Assembly (NCBI GenBank): GCA_963836075.1 | Contig: CAWIIB010000009.1 | Coordinates: 512,001-576,000 of the forward strand | Reading direction: 5' to 3' | Source: an uncultured Acidobacteriota bacterium | GTDB taxonomy: Bacteria > Acidobacteriota > JAQAZP01 | Length of the DNA stretch: 64,000 nucleotides | Shown here: piece after piece, positions 19,133 through 30,021 of the stretch | Numbering within the stretch: position 1 is the stretch's first letter | How the letters are laid out: each line of letters opens with the position of its first letter | Notes under the pieces: generated by a model | What the model was told of the DNA's origin: nothing | Seen by the model: the letters and a program-made list of their open reading frames with translations, nothing else | Databases searched by the model: none | Position numbers and translations under genes: made by a program

Positions 19133-20499
19133 AGCTTGATCCCGTATTTCTCCATCCGGCGATACAGCGCCTGACGGCTGAGGCCGAGGGATTCGGCCAC
19201 CCGGGTCAGGTTGCCCCGGTGGTGCTCGATGCTGCGGAGGATCATCGTCTTCTCCATGCCGTCCACGGTCATGCTGCCCACAGGTGGCAGGCCGTTCTTT
19301 GCTGTCTCCCCGCGCTCCATGGCCAGGGTCTCCTCGAAGTGTCCCGGCTGGAGTTCGTCGGCGCCGGTGACCAGCAGGGCGCGCTCGATGAACTGTTTCA
19401 GCTGGCGGATGTTCCCCGGCCACTCCCGGGCCTGGAGCCAGGAAGCGGCCGCCGCGCCAAGGGCTGCCTGGCGGCCGTAGGTCTCCCGGGTCTGATCGAG
19501 GAAGTGCCGGGCCAGCAGCGGGATGTCGTCCCGCCGCTCGGCCAGGGTCGGCAGGTGGATGGTGATCAGGTTGAGCCGGTAGAGCAGGTCCTCGCGAAAA
19601 CGCCCCTCCTCCACCGCCACGGCCAGGTCGCGGTTGGTGGCCGAGATCACCCGCACATCCAGAGTCCTTGTCTCGGATGAGCCGAGCACCTCGTAGGTGC
19701 GGTCCTGCAGCACCCGCAGCATCTTCACCTGGCTGCGCAGGTCGAGATCGCCGATCTCATCGAGCAGGATCGTTCCCCCGTCGGCCACGGCGAAACGCCC
19801 CTCCCGGTCGCGGTGGGCATCGGTGAAAGCGCCGCGGACGTGGCCGAACATCTCGCTCTCGAAGAGCGCCGGAGGAATGCCGCCGAGGTTGACCTTGACA
19901 AAGGGCCCGTCCCGCCGCGGGCTGTTGCGGTGCATCGCCTCGGCGACCACCTCCTTGCCCGTGCCGCTCTCGCCGGTGATCAGCACCGAGGCATCGGTGC
20001 CACTGACCCGGCCCAGAAGGTCGAGGATCTCCATCAGGCGCGGGTCCTCGCCGATCACTCCGGCAAGGTCGAAGCGGCTGTCCAGTTCCGACCGTGAGAG
20101 CGGCGCACCCCCGGTCTGGTCGCCGCCACTGGCCTGCAGGCCCAGCGTGGTTCGCACCGACTGCAGCAGCTGCTGCTTGTTCCACGGCTTGGTGATGAAG
20201 TCGGCGGCGCCGGCCTTCATCCCCTGCACCGCCAGCTCGATGCTGCCCCAGGCGGTGATCAGCAGCACCGGCACCCGGGGGTGGCGGCCCTTGATCGACG
20301 CCAGCAGTTCCAGCCCCTCCTCACCGGTGGTCCGCCGCGAGAAGTTCATGTCCTGGAGCACCAGGCTCACGCCCCCCCTGTCCAGCCGCTCCAGCGCCTC
20401 TTCCGGGGAGGAGACGGACGCCGAGACATGTCCTGCCTGCTTGAGCAGCAGCCCGAGGGAGACGGTGATCGCCTCGTCGTCGTCAATGATCAGGATCAT
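19129..20499 (-). CDS. NtrC-family sigma54 response regulator
   Basis: Receiver ILIIDDD, GESGTGKE, GAFTDA, HTH SRQALYRRM. Confidence 0.93.
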   Translation of the reverse strand: MILIIDDDEAITVSLGLLLKQAGHVSASVSSPEEALERLDRGGVSLVLQDMNFSRRTTGEEGLELLASIKGRHPRVPVLLITAWGSIELAVQGMKAGAADFITKPWNKQQLLQSVRTTLGLQASGGDQTGGAPLSRSELDSRFDLAGVIGEDPRLMEILDLLGRVSGTDASVLITGESGTGKEVVAEAMHRNSPRRDGPFVKVNLGGIPPALFESEMFGHVRGAFTDAHRDREGRFAVADGGTILLDEIGDLDLRSQVKMLRVLQDRTYEVLGSSETRTLDVRVISATNRDLAVAVEEGRFREDLLYRLNLITIHLPTLAERRDDIPLLARHFLDQTRETYGRQAALGAAAASWLQAREWPGNIRQLKQFIERALLVTGADELQPGHFEETLAMERGETAKNGLPPVGSMTVDGMEKTMILRSIEHHRGNLTRVAESLGLSRQALYRRMEKYGIKL

Positions 20500-20574
20500 G
20501 GGTTCACCGATACTGGTCGCTGTGGCTCCCAAAGGAAAATCAATAGCAACATTCTATATCAGACCGGACGGAGG

Positions 20575-20626
20575 TTGGGGATGTACATGAATTTATGAAT
20601 ATTCATAAATTCATGTACGTCCCCAA
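20575..20626. repeat. Palindromic element, copy A
   Basis: TTGGGGATGTACATGAATTTATGAAT-ATTCATAAATTCATGTACGTCCCCAA; arms nearly identical to 42356-42422. Confidence 0.85.
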
Positions 20627-20630
20627 TCCC

Positions 20631-21873
20631 CTATTCATACTGCAGCGCTTCAGCCGGTTCCACGCGGGTGGCCAGCCAGCTGGGGTAGAGCCCGCAGATG
20701 ATGACAAAGAGATACATGCCGACCAGCGAGACCGCCAGGCCAAAGAGATAGGTCGTCGAGGGCACCGAGGGGAAGGCCTCGAAGAAGGGGAACTGGATGA
20801 AGACCAGCGTCCCGGCTGCGGCGGCCACGGTGGTCAGGGCCAGCAGTTCGCCCAGCACCTGGTGCCGCACCTCGCCGCCGGGGGCGCCCACCGCCCGGCG
20901 GAGGCCCCACTCCCGGGTGCGGCGGGTGACGCTCTGCCAGAGCACACCAACCAGGCCGAGGCCGACCATGATGATCAGGAAGACGGCAATCACCGCCCCC
21001 AGGGCCAGTTGCATCAGGCTGTCGCGCAGACGCGACTCGCGCATCGCGGACAGCGTCCGGATGTTGACGATCCAGTCGGGGGCGATCCGGCGGATACCAT
21101 CGACCAGTTCCTCTTCGAAGGCGGCAGTGGTGCCGCTCTGCATCCGCATCAGGTAGGACTCCGCCGGCCGGGCATACTTCTCGGTGGGCATCTCCCGGTG
21201 GGTGAACTGGCAGAAACAATAGGGCTCCAGCTCACCGCGTATCCGCATGTCACTGATCACGCCCACTACCCGGCGTACCGGTTGCTCGTCTTCCTCCTCA
21301 TCTTCCTCGAGGTTTCCCTCTGCGTCGTACTCCAGCACCTCGCGGCCCAGGGGGTCTTCGTCGCCGAACAGGCCCCGGGCGTAGTTGCTGGTGAGGACCA
21401 CCGGGTCCCAGTTCAGCGCCTCGTCGCCCGGTTCGATCCAGCGGCCGGCCAGCAGCTCCAGCCCGAGCACATCCTTCATTGCCGGCAGGACGTCGTTCTG
21501 GTAGATGAACTCGTTGGCGCCATTGATGTTGTTGCTGTATCCCGACATCGATCCGCCAAAGGGGATGTTCCAGTCCACCGGGCTCCAGGCCTCGATCTCC
21601 TCCATCCCGGTGAGCATCAGGTCGAGCTGTTTGCTGGTAGCCCAGGCCTCCGACTTGCCATCCTCGTCCATGCTGCGGTAGGAGGGCGTGTCCAGGTCGA
21701 GATACCAGACCTGCTGATAGTCGTATCCCAGAGGCTGGGTGGTGCTGATCAGGTAGTTGCAGGCGATGGTCAGCACGGTGCAGAGCACCAGGAAGCAGCA
21801 GAAGAGCTCCACCAGGATCAAGTCCGTTGGTCCGCCGGCGGTTCCAGATCAGCTTGAACAGGTGACCGATCAT
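20631..21873 (-). CDS. MacB/FtsX-like ABC transporter permease (frameshift near 21822)
   Basis: MIGHLFKLIWNRRR start in one frame, rest in ORF 20631-21821 with RREWGLRRAVGA-like motif (RRTREWGLRRAVGA) and PAEALQYE. Confidence 0.85.
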
Positions 21874-23121
21874 CTCGCACCTCCTCGGAGCGCCTCGACC
21901 GGGTGAAGCCGCGACGTGCGCCAGGCAGGGTAAGCGCCCGAGATCAGGCCGAAGAAAAGGGCCAGCCCCAGGGCGTAGAAATAGACCCGGAAGTTCAGAT
22001 GGAACTCGGCGTAGGGGATCAGTCCGGAGCCCTCGGCCACTTCCAGGACGACGGCCGCGCCGGCCAGGGCCAGCAGGCCGCCCACCAGGCAGAGCACCAG
22101 GTTCTCGACGATGAACTGGATCACCAGGTGGACCGACGAGGCGCCGAAAGCCTTGCGCACACCGATCTCCGACGAGCGCTCGATAATTCGGCTGAGGTTG
22201 ATGCTGACCAGGTTCACCGTGGGCAAAAAGAGAAAAGCGGCAACGAGACTGATGATCAGCAGGATCACCCGGTAAACGGGTGGCTCCTTATCATCGGAGG
22301 CGTTGCTCATCCCGACGGCCGCCGTTTCGATCATGGTCATGGCATGGCCCTGCATGGTGTGCCACGGCTCGGTGAACTCCACGTGGGGCAGCCGTGAGTG
22401 GAACTCGGCCTTGATCGCCGGGAAGTCGGCCGTCGAGCCAGCCATCAACAGGCCCAGGTGACCGCTCATCAGCTCGTCACGAAAGCTCTGGGACCGGGCC
22501 GTGCTGTGCGGGGCCCAGATGTCGGCATAGGCGGTGACCCGGGTGATGGAAACGTTTTCCACCACGCCCACCACCCGGTAGCGCTGGCCGTCGGCCTCGA
22601 TAAACTTGCCCAGCGCCGGATCGTCGCCAAAGAAACGGTGGCGCGTGGCCTCGTTGATCACCGCCACCATGTTCGCCTGCTCCTCGTCCTGCCGGGTGAA
22701 CGGCCCGCCCTTCGATGAAATTGAAATCGAGAATCTCCCAGTAGGGTCCATCGGTCTGGCGCAGCTTGGAGACCACCTTCTCGCCGTCGAGAAAACTGGC
22801 CACGTCCTGGTTGGTGGAGCTGATGGAGAACTTTTCCACACCGGGGATGTCGCGGCAATACACGTCGAGAAACTTGTATCCCGGATCCCCGTTCCACATC
22901 GACTGCCGTTCTTCGGTTCCGCCGAGCATTTTCATGCGCGAGACCAGCAGCGTGCGGTCCATGTTCACTTCCGGCGGCAACGGCGCCAGCATGTGGTCGA
23001 GCAGTGCCGAAGCCACCAGCAGCACCATCAGGGTGAACCCCACACCGAAGAGACTGATCGCGGTGAAAAACTTCCGCCGCACCAGAACCTTCAGCGCCAT
23101 CTTGATGTAGTTTTTCAGCAT
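21870..23121 (-). CDS. MacB/FtsX-like ABC transporter permease (frameshift near 22710)
   Basis: MLKNYIKMALKVL N-terminus; EIGVRKAFGA and HPVEALRG C-terminus. Confidence 0.85.
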
Positions 23122-23130
23122 GGCATGGCC

Positions 23131-23883
23131 TCACTGCACCTGCCGGCCGTCAAAGAGCCGCACCGTGCGTTGGGTCCGTTCTCCCAACTGCGGGTCGTGG
23201 GTCACCATGATGATGGTGGTGCCCTCGTCCCGGTTGAAGCCCTCCAGCAGCTCCATGATCTCCTCGCCCATGCGGCTGTCCAGGTTGCCGGTGGGCTCGT
23301 CGGCCAGCAGCAGCTGGGGCTTCCCCACGATCGCCCGGGCGATGGCCACCCGCTGCTGCTGCCCGCCGGAGAGCTGGGAGGGGAAGTGGTCCATCCGCGA
23401 CCCCAGTCCCACTTTCTCCAGGGCCTGTCTGGCCGCTTCCCGCCGGTTACCGCTGAACCCGTGCCGGTAGAGCAGCGGGATCTCCACGTTGTCGACCACC
23501 TTGAGGTCGCTGATCAGGTGGAAAGTCTGGAAGATGAACCCAATCTCCTCGTTACGCAGGCGGGCGGTCTCCTTGTCACCGTACCCGGCAATGGAACGGC
23601 CGCCGAGGCTGATCGTCCCCTTGCTCGGCGCGTCCAGCAGTCCGATCACGTTGAGCAGGGTGCTCTTTCCCGAGCCGGAGGGGCCCATCACCGAGATGAA
23701 CTCGCCGTTCCCCACGGTGAGATTGAGATCGCTGAGGGCCACGGTTTCGATCTTGTCCGTGCGGTAGACCTTCTCCACGCCTTGCAGCTCCACCGCCAGA
23801 CCCTTTTTCGGCTCTTCACTGGCCATCACCGGAGGCCGCCTCTCCACCGGTTCCATGCCCAGGACTTGCGTTGCTTTCATCAT
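23131..23883 (-). CDS. LolD/MacB-type ABC transporter ATP-binding protein
   Basis: GPSGSGKST, LSGGQQQRVAIAR, LLADEPTGNLD. Confidence 0.95.
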   Translation of the reverse strand: MMKATQVLGMEPVERRPPVMASEEPKKGLAVELQGVEKVYRTDKIETVALSDLNLTVGNGEFISVMGPSGSGKSTLLNVIGLLDAPSKGTISLGGRSIAGYGDKETARLRNEEIGFIFQTFHLISDLKVVDNVEIPLLYRHGFSGNRREAARQALEKVGLGSRMDHFPSQLSGGQQQRVAIARAIVGKPQLLLADEPTGNLDSRMGEEIMELLEGFNRDEGTTIIMVTHDPQLGERTQRTVRLFDGRQVQ

Positions 23884-25124
23884 TTCAGTTTCACCTCCCT
23901 GGCGTGCAGCAGTTTGCTCATATCGGACAGAATCACCTCGTCCCCTTCCGCGAGGCCCTCGATGATCTGGTAGGTTTCAAAATTGGTGATGCCGAACTTC
24001 ACCGGCGTGCGCACCGCCCGGTCGCCGCGGATCACGAAGACGGCCCGACGACCCTCGATGTTGAGGAATGAGCCGCGTTTGATGCGCAGCGTGTCAGCCA
24101 CCCGTTCGGTGACGATGAACACGTCCACCCGCAGGTTGTGGCGCAGGTCGGGGTGCCGGTTCTCATCGAGGTCCACATCCATGGAGACCACACCGTTCTC
24201 CACCGTGGGCCGGACGCTGGCCACCCGGCCGGCCAGCAGCAGGTCACCGGAGCGGACCAGCACCGGCAGGCCGGTGGAGACACGGCCGGCATGAACGTCG
24301 CTCACCGTGGCCTCCACCCGGAAGGCGCTGAGGTCAGCCACCCGGGCGATTTCGTCGCCCCGCCTGACGGCGATGCCCTCGCTGGGCACAACCCAGGTGA
24401 GCACCCCCTCCCGGTCGGCGGCGGTGGAGGCCAGGCGCAGCTGGTGCGCCTGTTCGCCGAGCTCCTTCTCCAGGATCGCCAGCTCCAGGTCGAGGCCCTC
24501 CAGGTCGGTCTTCAGGGCCTGGGCGGCGTGGACCATGGCCTCCTCGATCTGGCGTAGCTCGATGCGGGCCCGCTCGGTGTCGTTCTCCGCCTTGCGCAAC
24601 TCGTCGCGGCTGAAGATCCCCGTGGCCAGGTTATCCCGGCAGCGCTGGGCCTCAAACTCCAGCGACTTCAGCTCCAGGGCCTTGATGTCCCGCTGCCCCT
24701 CCCACTCGTCCACCTTGCGCGCCAGGTCCTCCCGGGCCTTCCGCCGTTCGTTCCGCTTCAGGGCCACCTGGTCCTCCAGCCGGTGGAGGGCCAGCTGCGC
24801 CTCACCGGTGTCCAGCTCCACGATGGGATCCCCCTGGACCAGCCTGTCGCCCGGCTGACGGAGAATCCTGGTCACCCGGCTGTCGATGGGGCTGGTGACT
24901 ACCTGTTCGAAGGCCGGCACAACACTCCCCGACGCGCTGATGGTGGCCTCCACCACGCCCCGGTCCACCAGGGCGGTGCGGATCTCCGCCCGCCGGACCG
25001 AGGGCCGGATCCAGCCGAAGAGGGCCCAGAACGCCGCCAGGACCACCACGGCGCCGACGAGAACGATCCCCACCCGCTTCACCACCCGGCCCCGGCGTTC
25101 ACTGCTGCTGATCTCTCGGTCCAT
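23880..25124 (-). CDS. Efflux periplasmic adaptor (membrane fusion protein)
   Basis: N-terminal TM, lipoyl-like halves flanking a coiled coil, GLAEGDEVI. Confidence 0.88.
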   Translation of the reverse strand: MDREISSSERRGRVVKRVGIVLVGAVVVLAAFWALFGWIRPSVRRAEIRTALVDRGVVEATISASGSVVPAFEQVVTSPIDSRVTRILRQPGDRLVQGDPIVELDTGEAQLALHRLEDQVALKRNERRKAREDLARKVDEWEGQRDIKALELKSLEFEAQRCRDNLATGIFSRDELRKAENDTERARIELRQIEEAMVHAAQALKTDLEGLDLELAILEKELGEQAHQLRLASTAADREGVLTWVVPSEGIAVRRGDEIARVADLSAFRVEATVSDVHAGRVSTGLPVLVRSGDLLLAGRVASVRPTVENGVVSMDVDLDENRHPDLRHNLRVDVFIVTERVADTLRIKRGSFLNIEGRRAVFVIRGDRAVRTPVKFGITNFETYQIIEGLAEGDEVILSDMSKLLHAREVKLK

Positions 25125-25148
25125 GGGAATCCTCCTGCACCGGGATAC

Positions 25149-25164
25149 AGCAAGACCTATGCCA
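25149..25164 (-). promoter_or_regulatory. Sigma54 promoter of the ABC exporter operon
   Basis: TGGCATAGGTCTTGCT; adjacent IHF match AATCAATTCGTTG; upstream TGTCCG-GAAC-CGGACA palindrome near 25238. Confidence 0.8.
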
Positions 25165-25419
25165 GGAATCAATTCGTTGATATTTAAAGACTTGGATAAA
25201 AGAGGAGGCCGGATTCCGACCGCTTGCGGACGACGGTTGTCCGGAACCGGACAGCTCCCGCCGGAGAGTCGGTCAACAAGGCGGGGAATGGTGCACCCGG
25301 CAGCCGGCTTGACTGGCCGGGAAAGCTGGAGAATACTGGGTCACTTTTGATTGACAGAACCTGCGATGGCGCAACGTTACGACAGCACATCTCAATCTTA
25401 TAAACGGGGAGGAAGAACA

Positions 25420-25830
25420 GTGAAACGGTGGATGACGTTGGTGGTGTGTCTTCTGGCGCTGGTCCTGGTGACCGGCTGCGGCGGCAAATACTCGGACGTG
25501 AAAAAGGCCAACGAGGAATACATCGAGATCATCGAGGAATACATCGCTGCGCTGGACAAGGCCGACGACTCAAAAAGCGTGGTCAAGGCGATGAACAACT
25601 TCAGTGACGACCTGGAAGAGCTCTGGCCCAGAATGCAGGAGATGGCCGAGAAATACCCCGAACTGAAGAACGAAGAGGATCTCCCCGAAGAGCTGAAAGA
25701 GTCGCAGGACCGGGCCGAGGAAGTGAGCACCAAGATGGCCAACAGCTTCATGAAACTGATGAAGTACATGGATGACCCGGAAGTGATGGCCGCCCAGGAA
25801 CGCATGGGCAAAATCATGATGCAGCAGTAA
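25420..25830 (+). CDS. Hypothetical helical lipoprotein
   Basis: GGAGG RBS, GTG start, LVTGC lipobox. Confidence 0.8.
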   Translation: MKRWMTLVVCLLALVLVTGCGGKYSDVKKANEEYIEIIEEYIAALDKADDSKSVVKAMNNFSDDLEELWPRMQEMAEKYPELKNEEDLPEELKESQDRAEEVSTKMANSFMKLMKYMDDPEVMAAQERMGKIMMQQ

Positions 25831-25865
25831 CCGGCTCCCCTGGCCGGGATTCACCAGGGGGGATC

Positions 25866-28064
25866 ATGAGCCGCTGGCGAATGGTTGGATCGGTCATTTC
25901 CCTCGTGCTGCTCGCCCTGCCGGGTGCTGCGGCGGGGGATACCGCCGACCCGGGCCCCCCCTGCGAACTCCAGTGGCTCGACCCCTTCGAGGCCCCCGGC
26001 AGCCGCTTCCCCAACTACGCCTGCCACATCGACGACCAACTGCTGGTCCTCGGCGATGCCGATCTCGATTTCGGTGCCGTCCACATCTACCGCCGGGAGG
26101 GCCTGACCTGGGTCTACGATGAACTGTTGCTCCCCGACAAGCCGATCGAGGACATCGCCTTCGGTTACCGCATCGCCCTGGATGGTGACCGGCTGCTGGT
26201 GGGCGCCCCGCTCTACGGCAGCATCGGTGACCATCCGGGTGCGGTGTACGCCTTCCGGCGCATTGGCGGCGACTGGGTCGAGGAGGAGATCATCGTCCCC
26301 GGCGACGAGCCCAGTCGGGCCTGGTTCGGTTCAGAGATCGCCATCTCCGGCAACCTGGCGGCCGTCGCAGCGTCCTCCCGGGACAATGGTGCGGTTTACG
26401 ATGCCGGAGCGATCTACATCTTTGAGGACAGCGGCAGCGGGTGGACCGAGCAGGGCCTGATCACCCTCCCGGACCCCAGGGAGGATGAAATGTTCGGCCG
26501 GGATCTGGCCTTTGCCGGCGAACGGATCTTCGCCGCCCAACGATGGCGTGACCACTCGGGCGTTGCCTCCGGTTCGGTGTATATCTTTAAAGAGGATGGG
26601 GCTTCCTGGATCGAGGAGGATGTCATCTGGGCCGATGATGCGGAGCAGGGCGACCTCTTCGGCTTCGATGTGGCCGCGGACGGCGACCGGGTTCTGGTCG
26701 GGGCCCCGGGATCCAGCGGCCCCACCGCCCAGAGCGGGATAGCCCATATCTTCCGCAATGACGGTGGGAACTGGGTGGAGGAGGACCGTCTCGTCGACAG
26801 CGAAAGCTGGGGCGAGGATTATCTGGGGTCCTGTGTCGAGTTCACCGCTGGCCTGGCCATCGTCGGGATACCCCGTTTCCAGCCGTTCGGGTCCTGCCTG
26901 ATCTTCGAGCAGCAGGGCTCCCAGTGGCTTCCGGCCGAACGGGTCAGCCCCACCCTGGAATTCGACGTGAGCGCCTTCGGTTCCGGCCTCTCCTGTCACG
27001 GTGGTTTCCTGCTGGTCAGCGGCCAGGACAATGCCGCGGTGTACGGCACTACCTCCGAGACCTGTTGCCCCCTGGTGCTGGTGGCGCCTGGACCGGCCGA
27101 GGCCAATCCCGCACGTATCCGCGCGTTCGACACCTACGGAAATCCCTATGCCGCCACGGATTTCACCGCATACCAGTCGTACGGGTACGGCGTCCGGCTG
27201 ACCACCGGCCGTTTCCTCGGCTACAACGATTACCCGGAAATCATCACCGGACCCGGGCCGGGGGAAAACAACCCTCCCCGGGTGTCGATGTTTTCAAACC
27301 GGGGTCAGCATATCGAAATGGACTTCACGGCGTACGGTGTGCCGAAATACGGGGTGAACGTGGCCTGCGGCGACCTGGACGGGGACGGTGACGACGAGAT
27401 TGTCACCGGCGCCGGGCCGGGTGCGGTCTTCGGCCCCCACGTCCGCGGCTGGCGCTGGGAGGATGATGTCTGGCCCATGACAAACGTCAACTTCCTGGCC
27501 TACGGCACCAACAAGTATGGCGTCAACGTGGCCTGCGGCGACATCGACGCCGACGGGATGGCCGAAATCATCACCGGCGCCGGGCCGGGAGCGGTCTTCG
27601 GCCCCCACGTCCGCGGCTGGGACGTGGACGGCGGCACGGCCGCGCCGATCCCCGGGGTCAACTACTTTGCCTACGGCACGCCGAAGTGGGGTGTCAACGT
27701 GGCCTGCGGTGACATCGACGGGGACGGCTATGACGAGATCATCACCGGCGCCGGGCCGGGAGCGGTCTTCGGCCCCCACGTCCGGGCCTGGAATCATGAC
27801 GGAAGCGGGATCGCCCCCATCCCCGGGGTCAGCTATTTCGCCTACGGCACGAACAAGTTCGGCGTACGGGTGACCGCCGGTGATCTGGACTACGACGGGA
27901 TCGACGAAATCGTCACCACTCCGGGCCCCGGCGCCGTGTTCGGGTCGCACGTCCGCGGCTGGAATTACGATGGCCAGACGCTCTCGGCAATCTCCACGAT
28001 GAGCTTTTTCGCCTACGACGGTTCCATGCGCTACGGGGCCGATGTGGCACTGCTCGACCGCTGA
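25866..28064 (+). CDS. Secreted FG-GAP beta-propeller protein with C-terminal GPGAVFGPHVRGW repeats
   Basis: Signal peptide; FGxxxAxDGDRxLVGAP repeats; repeats of GVNVACGDIDGDGxDEIITGAGPGAVFGPHVRGW. Confidence 0.88.
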   Translation: MSRWRMVGSVISLVLLALPGAAAGDTADPGPPCELQWLDPFEAPGSRFPNYACHIDDQLLVLGDADLDFGAVHIYRREGLTWVYDELLLPDKPIEDIAFGYRIALDGDRLLVGAPLYGSIGDHPGAVYAFRRIGGDWVEEEIIVPGDEPSRAWFGSEIAISGNLAAVAASSRDNGAVYDAGAIYIFEDSGSGWTEQGLITLPDPREDEMFGRDLAFAGERIFAAQRWRDHSGVASGSVYIFKEDGASWIEEDVIWADDAEQGDLFGFDVAADGDRVLVGAPGSSGPTAQSGIAHIFRNDGGNWVEEDRLVDSESWGEDYLGSCVEFTAGLAIVGIPRFQPFGSCLIFEQQGSQWLPAERVSPTLEFDVSAFGSGLSCHGGFLLVSGQDNAAVYGTTSETCCPLVLVAPGPAEANPARIRAFDTYGNPYAATDFTAYQSYGYGVRLTTGRFLGYNDYPEIITGPGPGENNPPRVSMFSNRGQHIEMDFTAYGVPKYGVNVACGDLDGDGDDEIVTGAGPGAVFGPHVRGWRWEDDVWPMTNVNFLAYGTNKYGVNVACGDIDADGMAEIITGAGPGAVFGPHVRGWDVDGGTAAPIPGVNYFAYGTPKWGVNVACGDIDGDGYDEIITGAGPGAVFGPHVRAWNHDGSGIAPIPGVSYFAYGTNKFGVRVTAGDLDYDGIDEIVTTPGPGAVFGSHVRGWNYDGQTLSAISTMSFFAYDGSMRYGADVALLDR

Positions 28065-28118
28065 TGTCCCCACCCGTCTCACCCCCGTTGATTTTATTTT
28101 TCAAAGGGATAGAATCCC

Positions 28119-28146
28119 TGAGACACTTCCGCCCTGACTGAGACAC
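28119..28146 (+). promoter_or_regulatory. Direct repeat TGAGACAC x2 upstream of the activator gene
   Basis: TGAGACAC at 28119 and 28139; the same motif is clustered at 39765-39824. Confidence 0.55.
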
Positions 28147-28167
28147 CCACGCAGTGACGGAGAGCCA

Positions 28168-30021
28168 ATGCCCCGGAAAATGAAAATCCTCTTTATCTGC
28201 CTGACCAACTCCACCCGGAGCCAGATGGCCGAAGCCCTGCTCCGGGCCAGGGCGGGGGACCGGGCCGAGGCATTCAGCGCCGGGATCGAACCGTCAGAGC
28301 TCCACCCGCTGGCCATCCAGGTGCTGGAGGAGGCCGGCGTCCCGGTGGAACACCAGCGGGCCAAGTCCATCGGCCAGCTGGAAGAGGGGATGTTCGACCT
28401 GGTGATCACCCTCTGCAACGACGCCCGGGAAGCCTGTTTCTCTCCCGAGCGCACCGGCGAGGAAGAGCAGAAGCGGCTCTTCTCCGGGGTGCCGATCTAC
28501 CTCCACTGGCCGGTGCGCGAACCGGCCGACGGAGCCGGCTCGGCCCGGGAAGCGCTGGACGCCTTCCGCTCGGTCCGCGACCTGGTGGGCAAGCGGTTGG
28601 ACGACCTGGTGAGCTGCGGCTATCTCGACGCCTTTGCCCGGGAACGCGAGCGACTGCAGCTCTTTGTCGACATCCAGCAGAGCGGCATCCTGATCCACGA
28701 CGAAAACCGCCGGATCTTCCTGGTCAACGATGCCCTGCTGCGCATCACCGGTCGCTCCCGGGACGACCTCATCGGCCGCGAGTGCCAGGACGTCTTCCCG
28801 CCCGACGGCCTCTGCGGGGACAACTGCAGTTTCTGCGACGGCAAGGGCGGCGTCACCGAAGAGATGGAATACCGCTTCCGTTTTGCCGACGCCCGGGGCA
28901 AGCAGAAGCAACTGCGGGTCATCGCCCGGCCGCTGGAGATGGAGCCGGGCAAGTACGGCGTGGTGGCCCTGGTGCGCGACGAGACCGAGGTGAGCCGGCT
29001 GCGCACCCGGCTCTCCGGTCAAAAGACCTTCCACCATATGGTGGGTGTCTCCCCGGCCATCCGCGAGGTCTTCGGGATGATCGAGTCGGTGAGCCACTCC
29101 GACTACCCGGTGCTGATCACCGGCGATAGCGGCACCGGCAAGGAGCTGGTGGCCGCGGCGATCCACCGCGAGAGCGGCCGCCGGGGCGGCCCCTTCGTCC
29201 CGGTGAACTGCGGGGCCCTGCCGGAGAACATCCTGGAGAGCGAACTGTTCGGCCACGTGCGGGGCGCCTTCACCGGCGCCATCCGGGACAAGAAAGGCCG
29301 CTTTGAGCTGGCCGGGAGCGGCACGCTCTTCCTTGACGAGGTGGGCGAACTGTCTCCGCCGGTGCAGATCAAACTGCTGCGGGTCCTGCAGGAGAAGGTG
29401 ATCGAGCGGGTGGGCGGCGAGAAGCCGATCCCGGTGGATGTCAGGATCATCAGCGCCACCAACAGGGACCTGCGGGAGATGGTGGGCCAGGGCTCGTTTC
29501 GCGAAGACCTCTTCTACCGCCTCTGCGTGGTGCCCATGGCCCTGCCGCCGCTGCGTGAGCGGCGGGAGGACATCGCCCCGCTGGTGGTCCACTTCCTCGA
29601 GCGGATCAGCCGCGAGACCGGCCGGGAGTTTCTCCAGGTGGATGACGGGGCCCTGGAATGCCTGCTCAACCACCACTGGCCGGGCAATGTGCGCGAGCTG
29701 ATCAACGCCCTGCAGTTCGCCGCGGTGCGCTCCACCGGCGAAATACTCCGCCCCGAGCACCTACCCCCGGAGGTGCGGTTCCGGCCGACCACGGCCCGTT
29801 CCACCCAACCCGTCCCGCTGACCGGCCCCGGAGAGGGCCCGCCGGTGTCATTCCCCCCCACCCCCCGGGGACAGCGGGTCAAGCTGACCATGGCCATGGT
29901 GGAGCAGGCCCTGGGGGAGACCGGCGGCAACAAAGTCCGGGCGGCCAGACTGCTCGGTGTGGGCCGGGCCACGCTCTACCGCTTCCTCGATGCCCAGAAA
30001 AAGAACCCCTCCGTCTCCTGA
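28168..30021 (+). CDS. Sigma54 enhancer-binding protein with N-terminal ArsC/LMW-PTP-like and PAS domains
   Basis: ILFICLTNSTRSQMAEA, SAGIEP, VITLC..AREAC; PAS; GDSGTGKE, GAFTGA, GVGRATLYR. Confidence 0.9.
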   Translation: MPRKMKILFICLTNSTRSQMAEALLRARAGDRAEAFSAGIEPSELHPLAIQVLEEAGVPVEHQRAKSIGQLEEGMFDLVITLCNDAREACFSPERTGEEEQKRLFSGVPIYLHWPVREPADGAGSAREALDAFRSVRDLVGKRLDDLVSCGYLDAFARERERLQLFVDIQQSGILIHDENRRIFLVNDALLRITGRSRDDLIGRECQDVFPPDGLCGDNCSFCDGKGGVTEEMEYRFRFADARGKQKQLRVIARPLEMEPGKYGVVALVRDETEVSRLRTRLSGQKTFHHMVGVSPAIREVFGMIESVSHSDYPVLITGDSGTGKELVAAAIHRESGRRGGPFVPVNCGALPENILESELFGHVRGAFTGAIRDKKGRFELAGSGTLFLDEVGELSPPVQIKLLRVLQEKVIERVGGEKPIPVDVRIISATNRDLREMVGQGSFREDLFYRLCVVPMALPPLRERREDIAPLVVHFLERISRETGREFLQVDDGALECLLNHHWPGNVRELINALQFAAVRSTGEILRPEHLPPEVRFRPTTARSTQPVPLTGPGEGPPVSFPPTPRGQRVKLTMAMVEQALGETGGNKVRAARLLGVGRATLYRFLDAQKKNPSVS

